Positions 63,001 through 64,000 of a stretch of 64,000 bases of DNA are shown here, in pieces. Within the stretch, counting starts at the first letter, position 1. Every line of letters starts with the position of its first letter. The position numbers and the translations under genes are program-made. Origin of the DNA: an uncultured Gammaproteobacteria bacterium. Lineage in GTDB: Bacteria; Patescibacteriota; Microgenomatia; Levybacterales; GWA1-39-11. The notes beneath the pieces were generated by a model. The model ran no database searches. It was not told the DNA's origin and was given only the letters and a program-made list of their open reading frames with translations. The DNA is taken from contig CAYVKP010000001.1 of the NCBI GenBank assembly GCA_964452165.1, positions 554,729-618,728 of the forward strand. The letters are read 5' to 3'.

Positions 63001-63653
63001 TAATTTTTGTCTATGTAGCCAAGTGATTCCGGGAAAGTATCAGCAAAGAAATCTACCGAAATGTTATCGAAATCTTTTTTAGTCCGGAGACCGCTTTCAA
63101 GGACTGCGATAAAATGAATGTTTGCGCCCTTTGCAGCGATTCCATCACTCGGAGAATCTCCAATGTAAACGGTTTCGTTTCGTTCGGTTTGGAATTCTTC
63201 AAGTATGGCATCAAAAACTCTTGGGTCAGGCTTCAAATACGCAGAGTTATCTGTGTGGTAGATTTTCTCAACGTATCGGTTGAGATGATGAGACTCGTCG
63301 AGTAAGTGCTTTGCTTCAGCCATGCTTCGAGAAGTAAGAATCGCAAGATGTTTTCCCTCATTTCTCAGTTGTTCAAGCACCGTAACGTTGTCTTCATCGA
63401 CAACATCCAGTAATCCATCTTTTACAAAGTCTGGGAGAGTTTTTTGTAGTTCTATCATGAATTTATCGGGATCAATTCCGGGAATTCTTTCAACAATTGC
63501 GGCCTTTACGGGTTTTCCCCAGTTTGCTTGATGAGCTGCGCGTGCCATAGGTTCAAAACCGAGTTTTTTGGCAATTATATTCTCAATGTTAAAAGTAGCT
63601 TCCTCAGTAAGCGAGAGAGTGTCGTCAAAATCAACCACAACAAGCTTTATCAT
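63000..63653 (-). CDS. HAD-superfamily hydrolase
   Basis: DFDDTL, LTSR, KPDP, IGDS..D. Confidence 0.92.
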   Translation of the reverse strand: MIKLVVVDFDDTLSLTEEATFNIENIIAKKLGFEPMARAAHQANWGKPVKAAIVERIPGIDPDKFMIELQKTLPDFVKDGLLDVVDEDNVTVLEQLRNEGKHLAILTSRSMAEAKHLLDESHHLNRYVEKIYHTDNSAYLKPDPRVFDAILEEFQTERNETVYIGDSPSDGIAAKGANIHFIAVLESGLRTKKDFDNISVDFFADTFPESLGYIDKN

Positions 63654-63655
63654 TA

Positions 63656-64000
63656 TTATTCCTTCTGAATATTTCTATCTATTATTGAAGTTGCCGCACT
63701 TACAAACTTTCTTCCTCCGTGACTCGAAGTATAACCTTTGAGAATTTTTACTTTATATCCCAGATCGAAAGCGTCGAATGCCGTAGCAAGAACGCACGCG
63801 TCAATTGCGATGCCGCAGAGATACAGGTCGGTTATTTTATTTTTGGTTAAAAACTTAACGAATTTTTTGTTCTTGAAAATTGAATAAGTTTGTTTTGTAA
63901 ACAAATTCCTATCGTTCACGAATCTTGCAAGATCCTGGTGAATATCGATTTCAGGCGAATTCATAACTTTTCTCCAATTCAGAAGCTTCACGTAGTTTGT
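63656..64000 (-). CDS. Isochorismatase/nicotinamidase-family cysteine hydrolase (5'-truncated by the window edge)
   Basis: FTKQTYS.F, LCGIAIDACVLATAFDAFD. Confidence 0.88.
   Translation of the reverse strand, partial: TNYVKLLNWRKVMNSPEIDIHQDLARFVNDRNLFTKQTYSIFKNKKFVKFLTKNKITDLYLCGIAIDACVLATAFDAFDLGYKVKILKGYTSSHGGRKFVSAATSIIDRNIQKE

Overview
A 64-kb chromosomal segment of a small-genome bacterium using genetic code 11. Gene order, compact intergenic spacing, many orphans and mostly leaderless gene starts suggest Patescibacteria/CPR, probably Microgenomates (inference). It holds the 3' part of ftsZ, ileS-rodA, rplU-rpmA-parB, lepB, a ~15-kb surface-glycan cluster, a complete F1Fo ATP synthase operon, dnaE, gatCAB, murT-gatD, lemA-htpX, polX, pyrG, rplS, purA, greA, dus and five tRNAs (Val, Asp, Gly, Glu, Lys). 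No CRISPR array, rRNA, intact integrase or transposase was seen. The best leads are: (1) a stand-alone cyanophycin-synthetase N-domain keeping a Cx18HxxEH metallopeptidase motif, beside a KGG stress peptide; (2) single-gene islets at tRNA-Lys and tRNA-Glu with mirror-image att/integrase-tail scars, and a similar scar at an unannotated ~120-nt transcript; (3) a tRNA 5' half with a hairpin inserted in its D-loop; (4) orphan enzymes (pentein deiminase, sensor-less diguanylate cyclase, separated asparaginase N- and C-domain genes), several with charged disordered N-termini; (5) a clear split between leaderless genes and a few genes with very strong Shine-Dalgarno sequences. All product calls come from motif recognition by eye, not database searches.
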